From a virus: DNA of 64,000 nt. Positions 54,448 to 64,000 of this stretch are shown piece after piece (position 1 is the stretch's first letter; every line of letters begins with the position of its first letter). The translations under genes and the position numbers were made by a program. The notes beneath the pieces are model-generated. The model saw only the letters and a program-made list of their open reading frames with translations, was not told the origin of the DNA and did no database searches. Location of the stretch: positions 10,267 through 74,266 of IMG/VR virus record IMGVR_UViG_3300020462_000003. The stretch is one strand, 5' to 3'.

Positions 54448-57144
54448 ATGCGGCACCTTATCTTCGAGCAGGCCGAGCGTTACGAGATTGCCGTGCTGAC
54501 CAAGGCGGCAGCTTTCAACGAGATGGCTATGCGTAACCACTACATCGAGCCGCTGAACAAGCTCGGTGTGCCCACCCACCGCATGATCGGCTTCACCTTG
54601 GAATACAACGACGCTGGCAAGGTCCCGGTAGCCTTCATCAAGGAGTACCTGGACAAGCTGCTGGTTGCGTTGAACAGCCTGGGGGTGAAGTACCTCTTCT
54701 GCACCGATGCAGCGTATTTCAAGACGCTGACCAAGATGACCAAGGCCGAACCGCACTACGGCTATGTGCTGCCCTGCAAGATCCAGGGATTCGAGCACAT
54801 GCAGGTGGTGCTGGGCCTGAACTACCAGCAGATGGTCTACAACCCCGAGTTGTACCAGAAGCTGGACATGTCGTTGCAGACCCTGGCCGATGCCGTGCAA
54901 GGCAATTACCAACCACTGGGCCACAACATCATTCACTCAGCCCAGTACCCATCCACCTATGACGACATTGCAGCCGCACTCGACTCGCTCCATCAGTACC
55001 CTGAGCTATCGGCAGATATCGAGGCCTTCGGTCTGGCTTTCAACCAGGCCGGTATCGCCTCGATTGGCTTCGCCTGGGACCAGCACAACGGTGTCGCATT
55101 CCTGGTCGACTACATGCCGATGCTGGAGGCCGAGAAGGTCCTCAACCTGCTGCAGATCCCTGACCACAACAAGGGGCTGCATGGCGTTCGCTGCAACAAC
55201 AAGCCCATCAAGCAGCTGCTGCTCAAGTTTCTCACCAGCTACAAGGGCAAGCTGACCTGGCACAACGCCTCTTATGACCTGCGATCGATCATCTACGAAC
55301 TGTGGATGAAAGACTTCCTGGATCAGAAAGGCTTGCTGCTGGGACTGGATATCCTCACCCGATCGTTCGACGACACCAAGGTCATTGCCTACCTGGCCAC
55401 CAACAGCACAGCCGGTAACGTGCTGGGTCTGAAGGCACTGGCTCATGAGTTCGCGGGCAACTGGGCGGTGGAGGAAATCAACAACGTCCTGGCCATCGAG
55501 CCAGCCAAGCTGCTGCAGTACAACCTGGTGGACTGCCTATCGACCAACTACGTCAAGGCCAAGTACTACCCCATCATGGTGGCTGACCAGCAGGAGGGGC
55601 TGTATCACTCGCTGATGCTGCCGAGCCTGAAGGTCATCATCCAGATGGAATTGACCGGCATGCCGATGGAGAAGTCGCGTGTTCAGGAGGCGAAAGCCGA
55701 ACTGGAGCGACTGGAAGCCAGTTACCTCAAAGTCATCATGAGTCACCCACTGATCGCTCCACTGGAAGCGAAGATGACCCACGAGGCCTGGGAGAAGGAC
55801 TTCGAGGATCGCCGTGGTAAGGCGAAAAACCCCGACAAGATCTTTCCCAAGGATCAAAAGACCTTCCCTAAGTCAGTGTTCAACCCCAACTCAGGACCGC
55901 AGCTACAACGTCTGTTGTATCAGGAGATGGGCCTTCCGGTCATCGACCTGACGGACACCAAGCAACCGGCTACCGGTGGCGACACCCTGGAGAAACTGGT
56001 CAACCATGCCAGCAAGCCCGAGGACAAAGCCTTCCTGCAAGCCATGGTCGAGTACACCGGGGTCACCAAGATCCTGTCAGCATTCATCCCAGCGTTTGAA
56101 AAAGCATTGGAGAAGGGTGACGGCAAGGTCTGGCTACATGGTGGCTTCAACCTGGGTGGCACCGTCTCCGGACGACTCAGCTCCAGCAAACCGAACATGC
56201 AACAGATCCCATCGGGGTCGACGTTCGGCAAGCTGATCAAAAGCTGTTTCGCGGCACCCAAGGGCTGGATTTTCGCGGGTGCGGACTTCAACTCGCTGGA
56301 GGACTATATCAGTGCCCTGACAACCAAGGACCCGAACAAGCTCAACGTCTACATCCGAGGCTTCGACGGTCACTGCCTTCGTGCTGCGTACTACTTCCGT
56401 GAGGAATTGGAAGCAGAGGGGCTGATCATCGACCGGGAAGACCCCAAGTCGGTGAACCAGCTCAAGAAGATGGATCATCCTCTTCGCCAGGACTCCAAGG
56501 CACCCACCTTCCTGCTTACCTACGGTGGTACTTACCACGGGATGATGAGCAACCTGGGCTGGCCAGAGGACAAGGCCAAGGCAATCGAAGCCAACTACCA
56601 CGACCTCTACAAGGTGTCGGATGAGTACGTGGCCAAACGGCTGGAGCAGGCTGCCAAAGACGGTTACGTCGAGGTGGCATTCGGACTGCGGGTACGCACC
56701 CCGTTGCTCAAGCAGGTGATCTGGAAAGGCTCGAAGATGCCCTACGAGGCAGCAGCAGAAGGCCGTACCGCAGGCAATGCCCTGGGTCAGTCCTACGGCT
56801 TGCTGAACAACCGGGCAGCGGTTGAGTTCATGCAGAAGGTGTGGAACTCACCCTTCCGCCACGACATTCTGCCGGTGGCGTTGATCCATGACGCTATCTA
56901 CCTGCTGATCCGTGACCGAATCGATGTGGTCACCTGGGCCAACAGGGAATTGATCAAGTCGATGCAGTGGCAGGAGTTGCCGGAGATCCAGCACGACACC
57001 GTGAAACTCGGTGCTGCGTTGGACCTGTTCTACCCGGACTGGGCACACCCCATCACCCTACCCAACGATGCCACGCCTGAGCAGATCCGAGAGGTATGTG
57101 AAAAGGCGTTGGGGGAGTTGGAATCCCACAAGGAGGCTGCATGA
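54448..57144 (+). CDS. family A DNA polymerase (N4 gp39-like)
   Basis: Exo DIE, HNASYD, YNLVD; GTVSGRLSS, GADFNSLE, RQDSKAPTFLLTYG, IHDA. Confidence 0.95.
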   Translation: MRHLIFEQAERYEIAVLTKAAAFNEMAMRNHYIEPLNKLGVPTHRMIGFTLEYNDAGKVPVAFIKEYLDKLLVALNSLGVKYLFCTDAAYFKTLTKMTKAEPHYGYVLPCKIQGFEHMQVVLGLNYQQMVYNPELYQKLDMSLQTLADAVQGNYQPLGHNIIHSAQYPSTYDDIAAALDSLHQYPELSADIEAFGLAFNQAGIASIGFAWDQHNGVAFLVDYMPMLEAEKVLNLLQIPDHNKGLHGVRCNNKPIKQLLLKFLTSYKGKLTWHNASYDLRSIIYELWMKDFLDQKGLLLGLDILTRSFDDTKVIAYLATNSTAGNVLGLKALAHEFAGNWAVEEINNVLAIEPAKLLQYNLVDCLSTNYVKAKYYPIMVADQQEGLYHSLMLPSLKVIIQMELTGMPMEKSRVQEAKAELERLEASYLKVIMSHPLIAPLEAKMTHEAWEKDFEDRRGKAKNPDKIFPKDQKTFPKSVFNPNSGPQLQRLLYQEMGLPVIDLTDTKQPATGGDTLEKLVNHASKPEDKAFLQAMVEYTGVTKILSAFIPAFEKALEKGDGKVWLHGGFNLGGTVSGRLSSSKPNMQQIPSGSTFGKLIKSCFAAPKGWIFAGADFNSLEDYISALTTKDPNKLNVYIRGFDGHCLRAAYYFREELEAEGLIIDREDPKSVNQLKKMDHPLRQDSKAPTFLLTYGGTYHGMMSNLGWPEDKAKAIEANYHDLYKVSDEYVAKRLEQAAKDGYVEVAFGLRVRTPLLKQVIWKGSKMPYEAAAEGRTAGNALGQSYGLLNNRAAVEFMQKVWNSPFRHDILPVALIHDAIYLLIRDRIDVVTWANRELIKSMQWQELPEIQHDTVKLGAALDLFYPDWAHPITLPNDATPEQIREVCEKALGELESHKEAA

Positions 57145-57347
57145 AGAAAGCCTATCTGGCAATCCAATGCACAGCGCCTGACGGTACGGTAGGCACGTTC
57201 TTGTACTCATCAAAAGATGAAACAGGCTACGTGCTTGCTTCACCTGTTATGCCAGGCTGCGTCGAGTTATTCGATTGGTGTAAGGAGAACAACTGGAAGG
57301 CATGCTCAGGTCCTTCTCCGGTTGGTAACTACGTTAAGTACCACTAA
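57141..57347 (+). CDS. hypothetical protein
   Basis: ATGA overlap; SD aggagg. Confidence 0.65.
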   Translation: MKKAYLAIQCTAPDGTVGTFLYSSKDETGYVLASPVMPGCVELFDWCKENNWKACSGPSPVGNYVKYH

Positions 57348-57350
57348 CCA

Positions 57351-57373
57351 GACCCCTCTTCGGAGGGGTTTTT
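57351..57373 (+). terminator. intrinsic terminator
   Basis: gacccctc ttcg gaggggtt ttt. Confidence 0.8.
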
Positions 57374-57389
57374 CATTTCTGGAGCATCT

Positions 57390-57569
57390 ATGAACGGATA
57401 CGTTGCTTTTTACAACGGCCAGCGCCTTGAGGTGTATGCCGATGATCTCTGGTCAGCCAAGCAGCAAGTGGTTGAAAAACTCAAGGTGTCTAAGTCCAAG
57501 CAGCACATGGTTAGCGTGTTGCTAGCTGAAAAGGACAGTCAGCCGGTTGTCCACACACCAGACTTTTGA
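57390..57569 (+). CDS. 59-aa conserved phage hypothetical protein
   Basis: Own translation MNGYVAFYNGQRLEVYADDLWSAKQQ...; SD ggag. Confidence 0.65.
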   Translation: MNGYVAFYNGQRLEVYADDLWSAKQQVVEKLKVSKSKQHMVSVLLAEKDSQPVVHTPDF

Positions 57570-57579
57570 GGATACGTTG

Positions 57580-57834
57580 ATGATCTTCCCCACTCGCATC
57601 AATGGCATCCCCTGCCAGTGCGAGGTTACCCACTACGAACCCACGCTGCCTGGGAGTTTCACCGAACCTCCTCAACCCGAGGAGTTCGAGTTCCGGTTGC
57701 TGGATCGTCGTGGGTATCCAGCACGGTGGTTGGATGCTCATGTAACCCCACAAGTCGAAGACCAGTTGTTCCAGGCGTTCAAGCAACACCTGGATGAACT
57801 GGATCACCCATCCATGGATCAGGAGGTGGCCTGA
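57580..57834 (+). CDS. conserved phage hypothetical protein
   Basis: TRINGIPC...LDRRGYPARWL; SD gagg. Confidence 0.65.
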   Translation: MIFPTRINGIPCQCEVTHYEPTLPGSFTEPPQPEEFEFRLLDRRGYPARWLDAHVTPQVEDQLFQAFKQHLDELDHPSMDQEVA

Positions 57835-58109
57835 TGGCGTACCAGGTTCCAAAGAAAACACTCATCAACCGCTTCGGTATCGACGTTGAATCTCACAGTG
57901 CCAGTTTGCTGATGCACAGGCTGGGCGGCGTCAAACCCACCTACTCCATTTACCACGCAGGGGCTTACCGAGAAGACCTGGGTTACTCCCAAGTGTGGGT
58001 GGACACCCGTTGGACTGAGCAAGAGCTGGAAGCCTGGTTGGATAAATCCAAAGGTATTGATTATGTCGGTATCTGGGTTCGTAAAGAAACCCAGACCATT
58101 GCTGCGTAA
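57834..58109 (+). CDS. hypothetical protein
   Basis: SD aggaggt. Confidence 0.65.
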   Translation: MAYQVPKKTLINRFGIDVESHSASLLMHRLGGVKPTYSIYHAGAYREDLGYSQVWVDTRWTEQELEAWLDKSKGIDYVGIWVRKETQTIAA

Positions 58110-58126
58110 CTTAAAAGGAGTTTGAT

Positions 58127-58558
58127 ATGGGGTATACCCACTACATGGATCAGCTAAAACCTGCTGAGCCAGCAGCTTGGCAGGCAATCTGCGACGACTT
58201 CCGCAAGATGATGGCCACTGCTCTATTGAGCCAGCCACTCCCCATTCAACGAGAAGATGAGGTTGGCGGTCAGCCTTTGGTTGACAGCAAGTACATCATC
58301 TTCAATGGTATCGGTAATAACGGCCATGAAACCATGGTGCTGCAACGTGATGGAGAGGGATTTCAGTTCTGTAAAACAGCCCATAAACCCTACGACCGTG
58401 CAGTTACTGCATTGTTGATTCTGGCCGACTTTCATTCACCTAATACCTGGCTGGTTAAATCTGATGGAGCACCGGATGACTGGCAAGAAGGGTTAGAACT
58501 GGCTCGAACAGTTCAACCGGAATGTAACCTGCCTTCTGGTATTACCTCCTTCATCTAA
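58127..58558 (+). CDS. conserved phage hypothetical protein
   Basis: MGYTHY...FNG...HET...FCKTAHKPYD..V...SDG pattern. Confidence 0.7.
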   Translation: MGYTHYMDQLKPAEPAAWQAICDDFRKMMATALLSQPLPIQREDEVGGQPLVDSKYIIFNGIGNNGHETMVLQRDGEGFQFCKTAHKPYDRAVTALLILADFHSPNTWLVKSDGAPDDWQEGLELARTVQPECNLPSGITSFI

Positions 58559-58603
58559 CTAAGTTGTTGTAATATGCCCTCCAGTTAATTCCGGAGAGTA
58601 CCC

Positions 58604-58810
58604 ATGCACCAACTTCTTGAATATGAAACCGACAACATCATCGTAGGCTCCGGTGAAGTTCCCGCTGTAATGACCAAGACAGGGATTGCCTGGGTACTTC
58701 CAGGCGGCACTGTTACACATAACCGTGAAGTCGCCATCGCCAATGCTGCAACAATGGATCGGATGATTCGACGCAACTTGAGACGTTACAAACGTCGTCT
58801 ATTCAAGTGA
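58604..58810 (+). CDS. hypothetical protein
   Basis: SD ggag; WVLPGG motif. Confidence 0.6.
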   Translation: MHQLLEYETDNIIVGSGEVPAVMTKTGIAWVLPGGTVTHNREVAIANAATMDRMIRRNLRRYKRRLFK

Positions 58811-58878
58811 TGCAATTTGGGAAGTTAACACTGCCCTATTAGAATCCACTCAACCTTTCCTACTGCAGCAGGTGACCT

Positions 58879-59217
58879 ATGCCTTGGCGCAACCAACCCG
58901 ATCTGTATGCGCTTGTATGGGCACTTGTGATCAGTCTCATCAGTGGATTCATTTCCATTGCTCAACGCATTGCCAGAGGCTACCCCTCCTCTAAACTCTG
59001 GATACTCAGTGAATTCTCTGCAGCCGTTCTGGCTGGCTACCTCATGGCAGACGCCTACCCCAAACTTGCACACCAACTTCCAGAATGGGCAACCCTGCCT
59101 ATTATGGTGGCGTTGGCTGCACACATTGGGGGTAGAGCGTTCCAGGGCATAGAGGCTGCACTGTCCAAGCGATACCGCATCACGTTACCCAAACCAGGTG
59201 ATACACCGGGGCTGTAA
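58879..59217 (+). CDS. putative holin (LydA-like)
   Basis: Three hydrophobic segments; AAHIGGRA motif; basic C-terminus. Confidence 0.6.
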   Translation: MPWRNQPDLYALVWALVISLISGFISIAQRIARGYPSSKLWILSEFSAAVLAGYLMADAYPKLAHQLPEWATLPIMVALAAHIGGRAFQGIEAALSKRYRITLPKPGDTPGL

Positions 59218-59232
59218 CCAAAGGAATTAACA

Positions 59233-59254
59233 GACGCCCTTCGGGGCGTTTTTT
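59233..59254 (+). terminator. intrinsic terminator
   Basis: gacgccc ttcg gggcgtt tttt. Confidence 0.85.
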
Positions 59255-59270
59255 ATTGCATGGAGTTCGT

Positions 59271-59507
59271 ATGACCTTCACTCATGAATTTGCTCAGAAC
59301 TGGCTCAGAGCCAAGTTACTGTTGCTTGGTCGTTCCAAAAATGCCTTCGAAGTTCGCCTTCGTTGTAAATCAACCCAGGACGATCTGTTCATGCTCCATG
59401 AACAGGGCGTTCTTGACCTGGATGAATACACCCATGCCCTGAGCCAGGTACTCACATCGCGTGCAGTACGTCTGGCTCAGGTGGCCATCCAGGAGGCTTG
59501 TGTCTAG
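59271..59507 (+). CDS. hypothetical protein
   Basis: SD ggag. Confidence 0.6.
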   Translation: MTFTHEFAQNWLRAKLLLLGRSKNAFEVRLRCKSTQDDLFMLHEQGVLDLDEYTHALSQVLTSRAVRLAQVAIQEACV

Positions 59508-59516
59508 GAGACTGTT

Positions 59517-59825
59517 GTGCCGCTTGAACCCACCGTCCTGGAACGCCTAAAGGCACGTATCCAGGTCAACGAAGATACAGGGTGCTGGGAATGGACCGGC
59601 GAGCTGAACCGTAACGGGTATGGCCGCATCTGGGTTAAAGGCAAGCGCCTGATGGCCCATCGGGTGACCTATGAGCACTTCATCGGCCTGATCGAAGAAG
59701 GCCTGGTGCTGGATCACCTCTGCCGTACCCGTTGCTGCTGCAACCCAGCCCATCTGGACCCTGTAACCGTCCAGGAGAATACCCACCGAGGCAATGCCGT
59801 GCTGTTCCAACGCATAGCAGCCTGA
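59517..59825 (+). CDS. free-standing HNH endonuclease
   Basis: CWEWTG..NGYG..AHR..LDHLC....CCNPAHL...EN. Confidence 0.85.
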   Translation: MPLEPTVLERLKARIQVNEDTGCWEWTGELNRNGYGRIWVKGKRLMAHRVTYEHFIGLIEEGLVLDHLCRTRCCCNPAHLDPVTVQENTHRGNAVLFQRIAA

Positions 59826-59886
59826 CCCCAAAGATCCCTAAAGCCCGCCTAGTGCTGGTTTTTTCATTTCAGCCAAAGGAAAGATC

Positions 59887-62280
59887 ATGCAGGTCTCTCA
59901 GCAAGACGACTTCATCACGCACGCCGTCATCGGCAACCAGGAAACCGTGGAAATGGGCGTAAGCGATGACGCAGCCCTGATGCACATCCTGTCCTCCACC
60001 CTGTACACCCACCCCAAGCTGGCCGTGGTGCGCGAGATCATCTGCAACGGCTGGGATGCACACATCGCTGCGGGCAAGACCAGTACCCCGCTGCAGATCA
60101 CCCTCAGCGAGTCCCAACTGACCGTGCGTGACTTCGGCTTCGGTATCGCCCATGCCGAGATCGGCCCGATCTACGGTGTATACGGCAATTCGACCAAGCG
60201 TGGCGACTCCAAATCCACTGGTGGTTTCGGTCTGGGCAGCAAGGCACCGTTTGCCTACACCGACAACTTCGAGGTGGTGTCGCATCACCTGGGTCAGAAG
60301 ACTGTTTACCGGGTCTCCAAGTCCTCGATGGAGAAAGGTGGCAAGCCCTCGATCAACAAGATCGTGACACTGCCTACCGATGAGACCGGCATCGCCGTGT
60401 CGTTCGGCATCAACCTCAACGATCGCCAGGAGTTCCTGAAGCTGATCCGTGAGGTTCTGGTCCTGGGCGAGATCAAGGCCAGCATCAATGGTGAGGAGCC
60501 TCTGGTCACCCTGCCCCTGTCGACCAGCCCGACTGGCTATGCGATCACCGACTTCCGGGGAACCGTGGGCCAGGAGATCAACCTGCGCTACGGCAACGTG
60601 GTGTATCCGGTGCCCTTCCGCGATGAGTACGGTCCCCAGTACCACCACATCGTCAACGACCTGAAGCGACTCTGGAATAACGCGACCATCACCTTCATGG
60701 CTCCACCGGACAGCATCTCGATTGCCCCCAACCGGGAAGCCATCATTCTGACCGATGCCACGGTAGCCACTGTTAAAGGGCTGCTGGATACCTACGACTA
60801 CAAAGCTACGGAAGTAAGTCAGAAGGTGGTCAAACAGCTGTGCCACGCAGAGCTGAACAAGCAGATCAAACAGGCAAGCGATACCAATTTGTGGCATTGG
60901 ATATTCGACCAAGAACGTCTCGATTGCACCCCTACCTCTCGTGAAACAGAGTATGGGCGGTTCGCTACCCATATCAAGCAGGCGGCTATCTACTCCAACG
61001 CGATCCACATGGGTCCTCGTGTTTCACGCCAACTCATGCTGAAACGAGAAGTCCAGGAACTGCTTCGTCGGGGGTTGGTGTACAAGCCCTTGGTTAAAGC
61101 CGTTCTCAGGAAGCAACTACTCGAAAGGCCTTACTACAAGATCAGGCATGACGCACCCAGCCTCCTGTTCCGGCACCTGCAACTCCCTTTTCAAGAAGCC
61201 CTTAAAAAGGTTCCTGAACTAGAAGGGATCAAGTATCAGGTGTACATGAACAACGGCAGTTTTCATTTCGGGTACTTCGAAAAAACCTACGTCGACATGT
61301 ACCGGAACCATAAGGACCTGGTGCGTATGTTGAGTAAACGTGCGTTGATTGCCCGTAACCAAAAAGAGGCAAATGAGTACTTCCGTAGTCATGCAGCAAC
61401 CCGTAACAATACCTACCTGGTGATGTACGTCGGGGCCAATAAGAAGTCGGACGCCTTGAAGGATGTGGCCACTCAGTTGATTGAGCGATTGGGTTATCCG
61501 GTTGAAGTCCATCTTCCTGAGCGCATCAAGAAAGAGCGCGATCCAACACAATCGGTAAAACAGGCAGTCAAGTGCAAGAAGAAAAAGGGATACTTATCGC
61601 TGGCACATAGTTACAACAGCTTCAACGAAAGTTTCTTGCTCTCAACTGCACGCGAGCACTTCACTGAAGACACCTTGATTGATACCCCTCTTGCATGGGT
61701 GACTCTCAATTCAAAAGGCGATCTTGATTCTCGTTTCGCTCGGTTCAACACATCGACCTCCCGCCTTATCAACAAACACTGGGGCGACAAGATCGCAGTA
61801 GTTACTGCCGTCCAAGCCACCAAACTCAAAGAACAAGGAATCGAGAACGTGACTGACTTCCTCGTCAAGTACGCCGACGAAAAGTTGGCAGCCACTCCGG
61901 ATATCAAGCGTTTTGCAGCGTTTGCTAAGCACGTCAGTGACCGGTATGACGACAACCACAAAATCCTCTTCAACATGTGCTTCCACGAAGACTTGATGAA
62001 GTCACTGGGTTTGCGGTTCCACATCAGTCAGGAAAGTGCTGTGCTGATGAAAGTCTGTCGTGAGATTGACAGCTCCATGAGCCGTTTCGAGAAGTGCAAG
62101 GAAGCGATGAAACACGTCAAGCCTCATCCAAAGGTGAAGACGTGCCTGGATAAGTTGCATGCGTCGCCTTGGGCCGACTTCATCGACTTAAACCATCTAA
62201 GACATAGCCTGGCTGAAACAACTCCAGGCAGTGCTGAGTGTGAGATCCCTTACACCATCCTCCGACACTTACTGAAGTAA
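59887..62280 (+). CDS. rIIA: rIIA-like protein (GHKL ATPase N-terminus)
   Basis: LYTHPKLAVVREIICNGWDA, VRDFGFG, STKR, GGFGLGSK, PNRE. Confidence 0.88.
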   Translation: MQVSQQDDFITHAVIGNQETVEMGVSDDAALMHILSSTLYTHPKLAVVREIICNGWDAHIAAGKTSTPLQITLSESQLTVRDFGFGIAHAEIGPIYGVYGNSTKRGDSKSTGGFGLGSKAPFAYTDNFEVVSHHLGQKTVYRVSKSSMEKGGKPSINKIVTLPTDETGIAVSFGINLNDRQEFLKLIREVLVLGEIKASINGEEPLVTLPLSTSPTGYAITDFRGTVGQEINLRYGNVVYPVPFRDEYGPQYHHIVNDLKRLWNNATITFMAPPDSISIAPNREAIILTDATVATVKGLLDTYDYKATEVSQKVVKQLCHAELNKQIKQASDTNLWHWIFDQERLDCTPTSRETEYGRFATHIKQAAIYSNAIHMGPRVSRQLMLKREVQELLRRGLVYKPLVKAVLRKQLLERPYYKIRHDAPSLLFRHLQLPFQEALKKVPELEGIKYQVYMNNGSFHFGYFEKTYVDMYRNHKDLVRMLSKRALIARNQKEANEYFRSHAATRNNTYLVMYVGANKKSDALKDVATQLIERLGYPVEVHLPERIKKERDPTQSVKQAVKCKKKKGYLSLAHSYNSFNESFLLSTAREHFTEDTLIDTPLAWVTLNSKGDLDSRFARFNTSTSRLINKHWGDKIAVVTAVQATKLKEQGIENVTDFLVKYADEKLAATPDIKRFAAFAKHVSDRYDDNHKILFNMCFHEDLMKSLGLRFHISQESAVLMKVCREIDSSMSRFEKCKEAMKHVKPHPKVKTCLDKLHASPWADFIDLNHLRHSLAETTPGSAECEIPYTILRHLLK

Positions 62281-62290
62281 AGGAACAACC

Positions 62291-63964
62291 ATGACTGAAG
62301 TCATTCGCATCATCGCTGCCGTAGTGGATACCCAGCGACTCACCCTCTACAAAGAAGATGGCACCACCATCCTGGTTCCCCAGGGCGACAGCCGTATCCG
62401 TCCCCTGGTGGATAAGGCAATCCCGGCTCTGGAAACAGATAAGTTCTGCGACCTGACTGCTGAAGATCTCGCCATCAGCAACCACTACAACGAAGCTCAA
62501 GCCGGTATGGGCGGCTTCGTGCAGTTCTTCCGCATGTTCAAGAACACCATCGAGGACATGTTCAACAAGTTCGCTGAGCTGGATGGGGCACCCGCTGCAC
62601 CTGTAGCTCCAGTGGTAGCCGGTGTCCTGGCCCAAACTGCTCACACCCCTACAGCGAGCCAGAACGCTGTATCGGAGATCATGGCTCATGCCACTCCGGT
62701 CAGCTCGCCGTCATTCCACGCCCCTATGGGCGAGGATGAAACCCTGGTAGCCGTGACCTCCTCCGGGGGCATCATCCCTGGCATCGAGAAGATCGACGTT
62801 CAGATCCAGGCAGTGGCCAGCAAACTGGGCAGTGCCGAAGGCGTGAAGAACTTCTTCGAGCGCATCTCCCAGGTCCAGCGTCGTCACTCGGTCCAGGACC
62901 TGCTGACCTTCATGGAGAAAGGCGAACTGCCGATCGCCGATGACGGCACCGTGCTGGTCTACAAGCGCCTGAATTCGACCCAAGAAGAAGGAGTATTCGC
63001 CGACTGCCACTCTGGCAACGTCAAGCAGAAAGTTGGTAGCAGGGTCTTCATGAGCGAGACCTTGGTCGATCCCGATCGCAGTACCGAGTGCTCCAACGGT
63101 CTGCATGTGGCTCGCCGGGACTACCTGAGCAGCTTCAGTGGCAACGTGTGCGTGCTGGCCAAGCTGGCACCGGAAGATGTGATCGCCGTACCTCACCGCG
63201 ATCCACGGAAGCTGCGTGCCAAGGGCTACCACATCATCGCCCGTCTCTCCAAAGAGGATGCCGATCTGGTGTGTAGCAACCAGCCAATGACTGACTCTGT
63301 ACTGCTGGGCAACGCTGCTGCAGGCAACCACGTCGGTGTGCTGGAGACTGTGGAAATCACCGGGCACTACGGTAGCGGGCTGATCATCACCCCGGTTGCC
63401 GAAGCCACTGAAGTGGTCATGGAAGAAACCAAGCAGGCCGTCTCTCTGGACGAACTGCCAGCCGTAGCCAAGGAAGGCTCCAGCGTGGATGCGGGCAAGG
63501 TGGCTAAGCAGGTGGTGACCGAACGTAAGTCAGGTCGTCAGCAGCAAGCCGAAGCCCTCCTCAAGGGTGTGTTGGAAGGCAAGACCGGCAAGGTGCAGAT
63601 CCAGAAGGCCAAGGAACTCCTGACGTTCAAGAAGACCGCCAAGGTCAGCTGGGACAAGCTGGGCATCTCCGAAAGCCAGGTGACCAGCATCACTGCTATC
63701 GCCAACGGTGTCGAGCCTGTGGCCGAAGTGAAGCCGGTGAAAGCCAGCACCATCACCAAGCCCAAGAAGGCTGCTCCGAAGCCTGCCGAGAATGCCGCAA
63801 CGGTCACCACCGGCACTCCCCGCGAGCGCATCCGCAAGATGATCGAAGCAGGCATCAAGGCCAACGCCTCCAACATCGTATCGATCAAGAAGGCAGCCAA
63901 GAAGAGCTGGTCGGCTCTGGGCGTCACCGACGCTGAAGAGAAGCAGATTCTCTCCGCAGCCTAA
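62291..63964 (+). CDS. rIIB: rIIB-like protein
   Basis: LPIADDG..LVYK, VDPDRSTECSNGLHVA, PEDVIAVP; directly follows rIIA. Confidence 0.85.
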   Translation: MTEVIRIIAAVVDTQRLTLYKEDGTTILVPQGDSRIRPLVDKAIPALETDKFCDLTAEDLAISNHYNEAQAGMGGFVQFFRMFKNTIEDMFNKFAELDGAPAAPVAPVVAGVLAQTAHTPTASQNAVSEIMAHATPVSSPSFHAPMGEDETLVAVTSSGGIIPGIEKIDVQIQAVASKLGSAEGVKNFFERISQVQRRHSVQDLLTFMEKGELPIADDGTVLVYKRLNSTQEEGVFADCHSGNVKQKVGSRVFMSETLVDPDRSTECSNGLHVARRDYLSSFSGNVCVLAKLAPEDVIAVPHRDPRKLRAKGYHIIARLSKEDADLVCSNQPMTDSVLLGNAAAGNHVGVLETVEITGHYGSGLIITPVAEATEVVMEETKQAVSLDELPAVAKEGSSVDAGKVAKQVVTERKSGRQQQAEALLKGVLEGKTGKVQIQKAKELLTFKKTAKVSWDKLGISESQVTSITAIANGVEPVAEVKPVKASTITKPKKAAPKPAENAATVTTGTPRERIRKMIEAGIKANASNIVSIKKAAKKSWSALGVTDAEEKQILSAA

Positions 63965-64000
63965 TCATTCTCCGCAAGGACGCGGAACCACCCCCCCCCC

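Overview
This window is a circularly permuted ~64 kb piece of a lytic N4-like podophage genome (Schitoviridae-type). The host is probably a Pseudomonas or related gammaproteobacterium; this is inferred from a CsrA/RsmA homologue and the gene content. N4 hallmark genes are present: a 3582-aa virion RNA polymerase, a two-subunit RNAP II, a gp2/Drc-like activator, and a gp42-gp45-like replication block (exonuclease, primase, AAA ATPase, SSB). Also present are a family A DNA polymerase, an SF1 helicase, rIIA/rIIB, and a late block on the minus strand (portal, major capsid, terminase). Nucleotide-metabolism genes are thyX, nrdA/nrdB and dut. The physical left end and early region probably lie near 40.5-40.7 kb, followed by five hairpin promoters for the virion RNA polymerase. 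Five features go beyond the standard annotation. (1) An intact subgroup-IA2-like group I intron (48502-49384) carrying an HNH homing endonuclease splits the MoxR-like AAA ATPase gene. (2) A pair of oppositely oriented, covarying long hairpins at 5819-6100 may be an ssDNA priming or origin element. (3) Two tandem structured ncRNA candidates lie at 14109-14323, one of them C4-like. (4) A 58-aa CsrA/RsmA homologue is missed by the ORF track. (5) Three otherwise unrelated small early proteins share a C-terminal motif. All assignments come from motif recognition and synteny by eye; no database searches were run.
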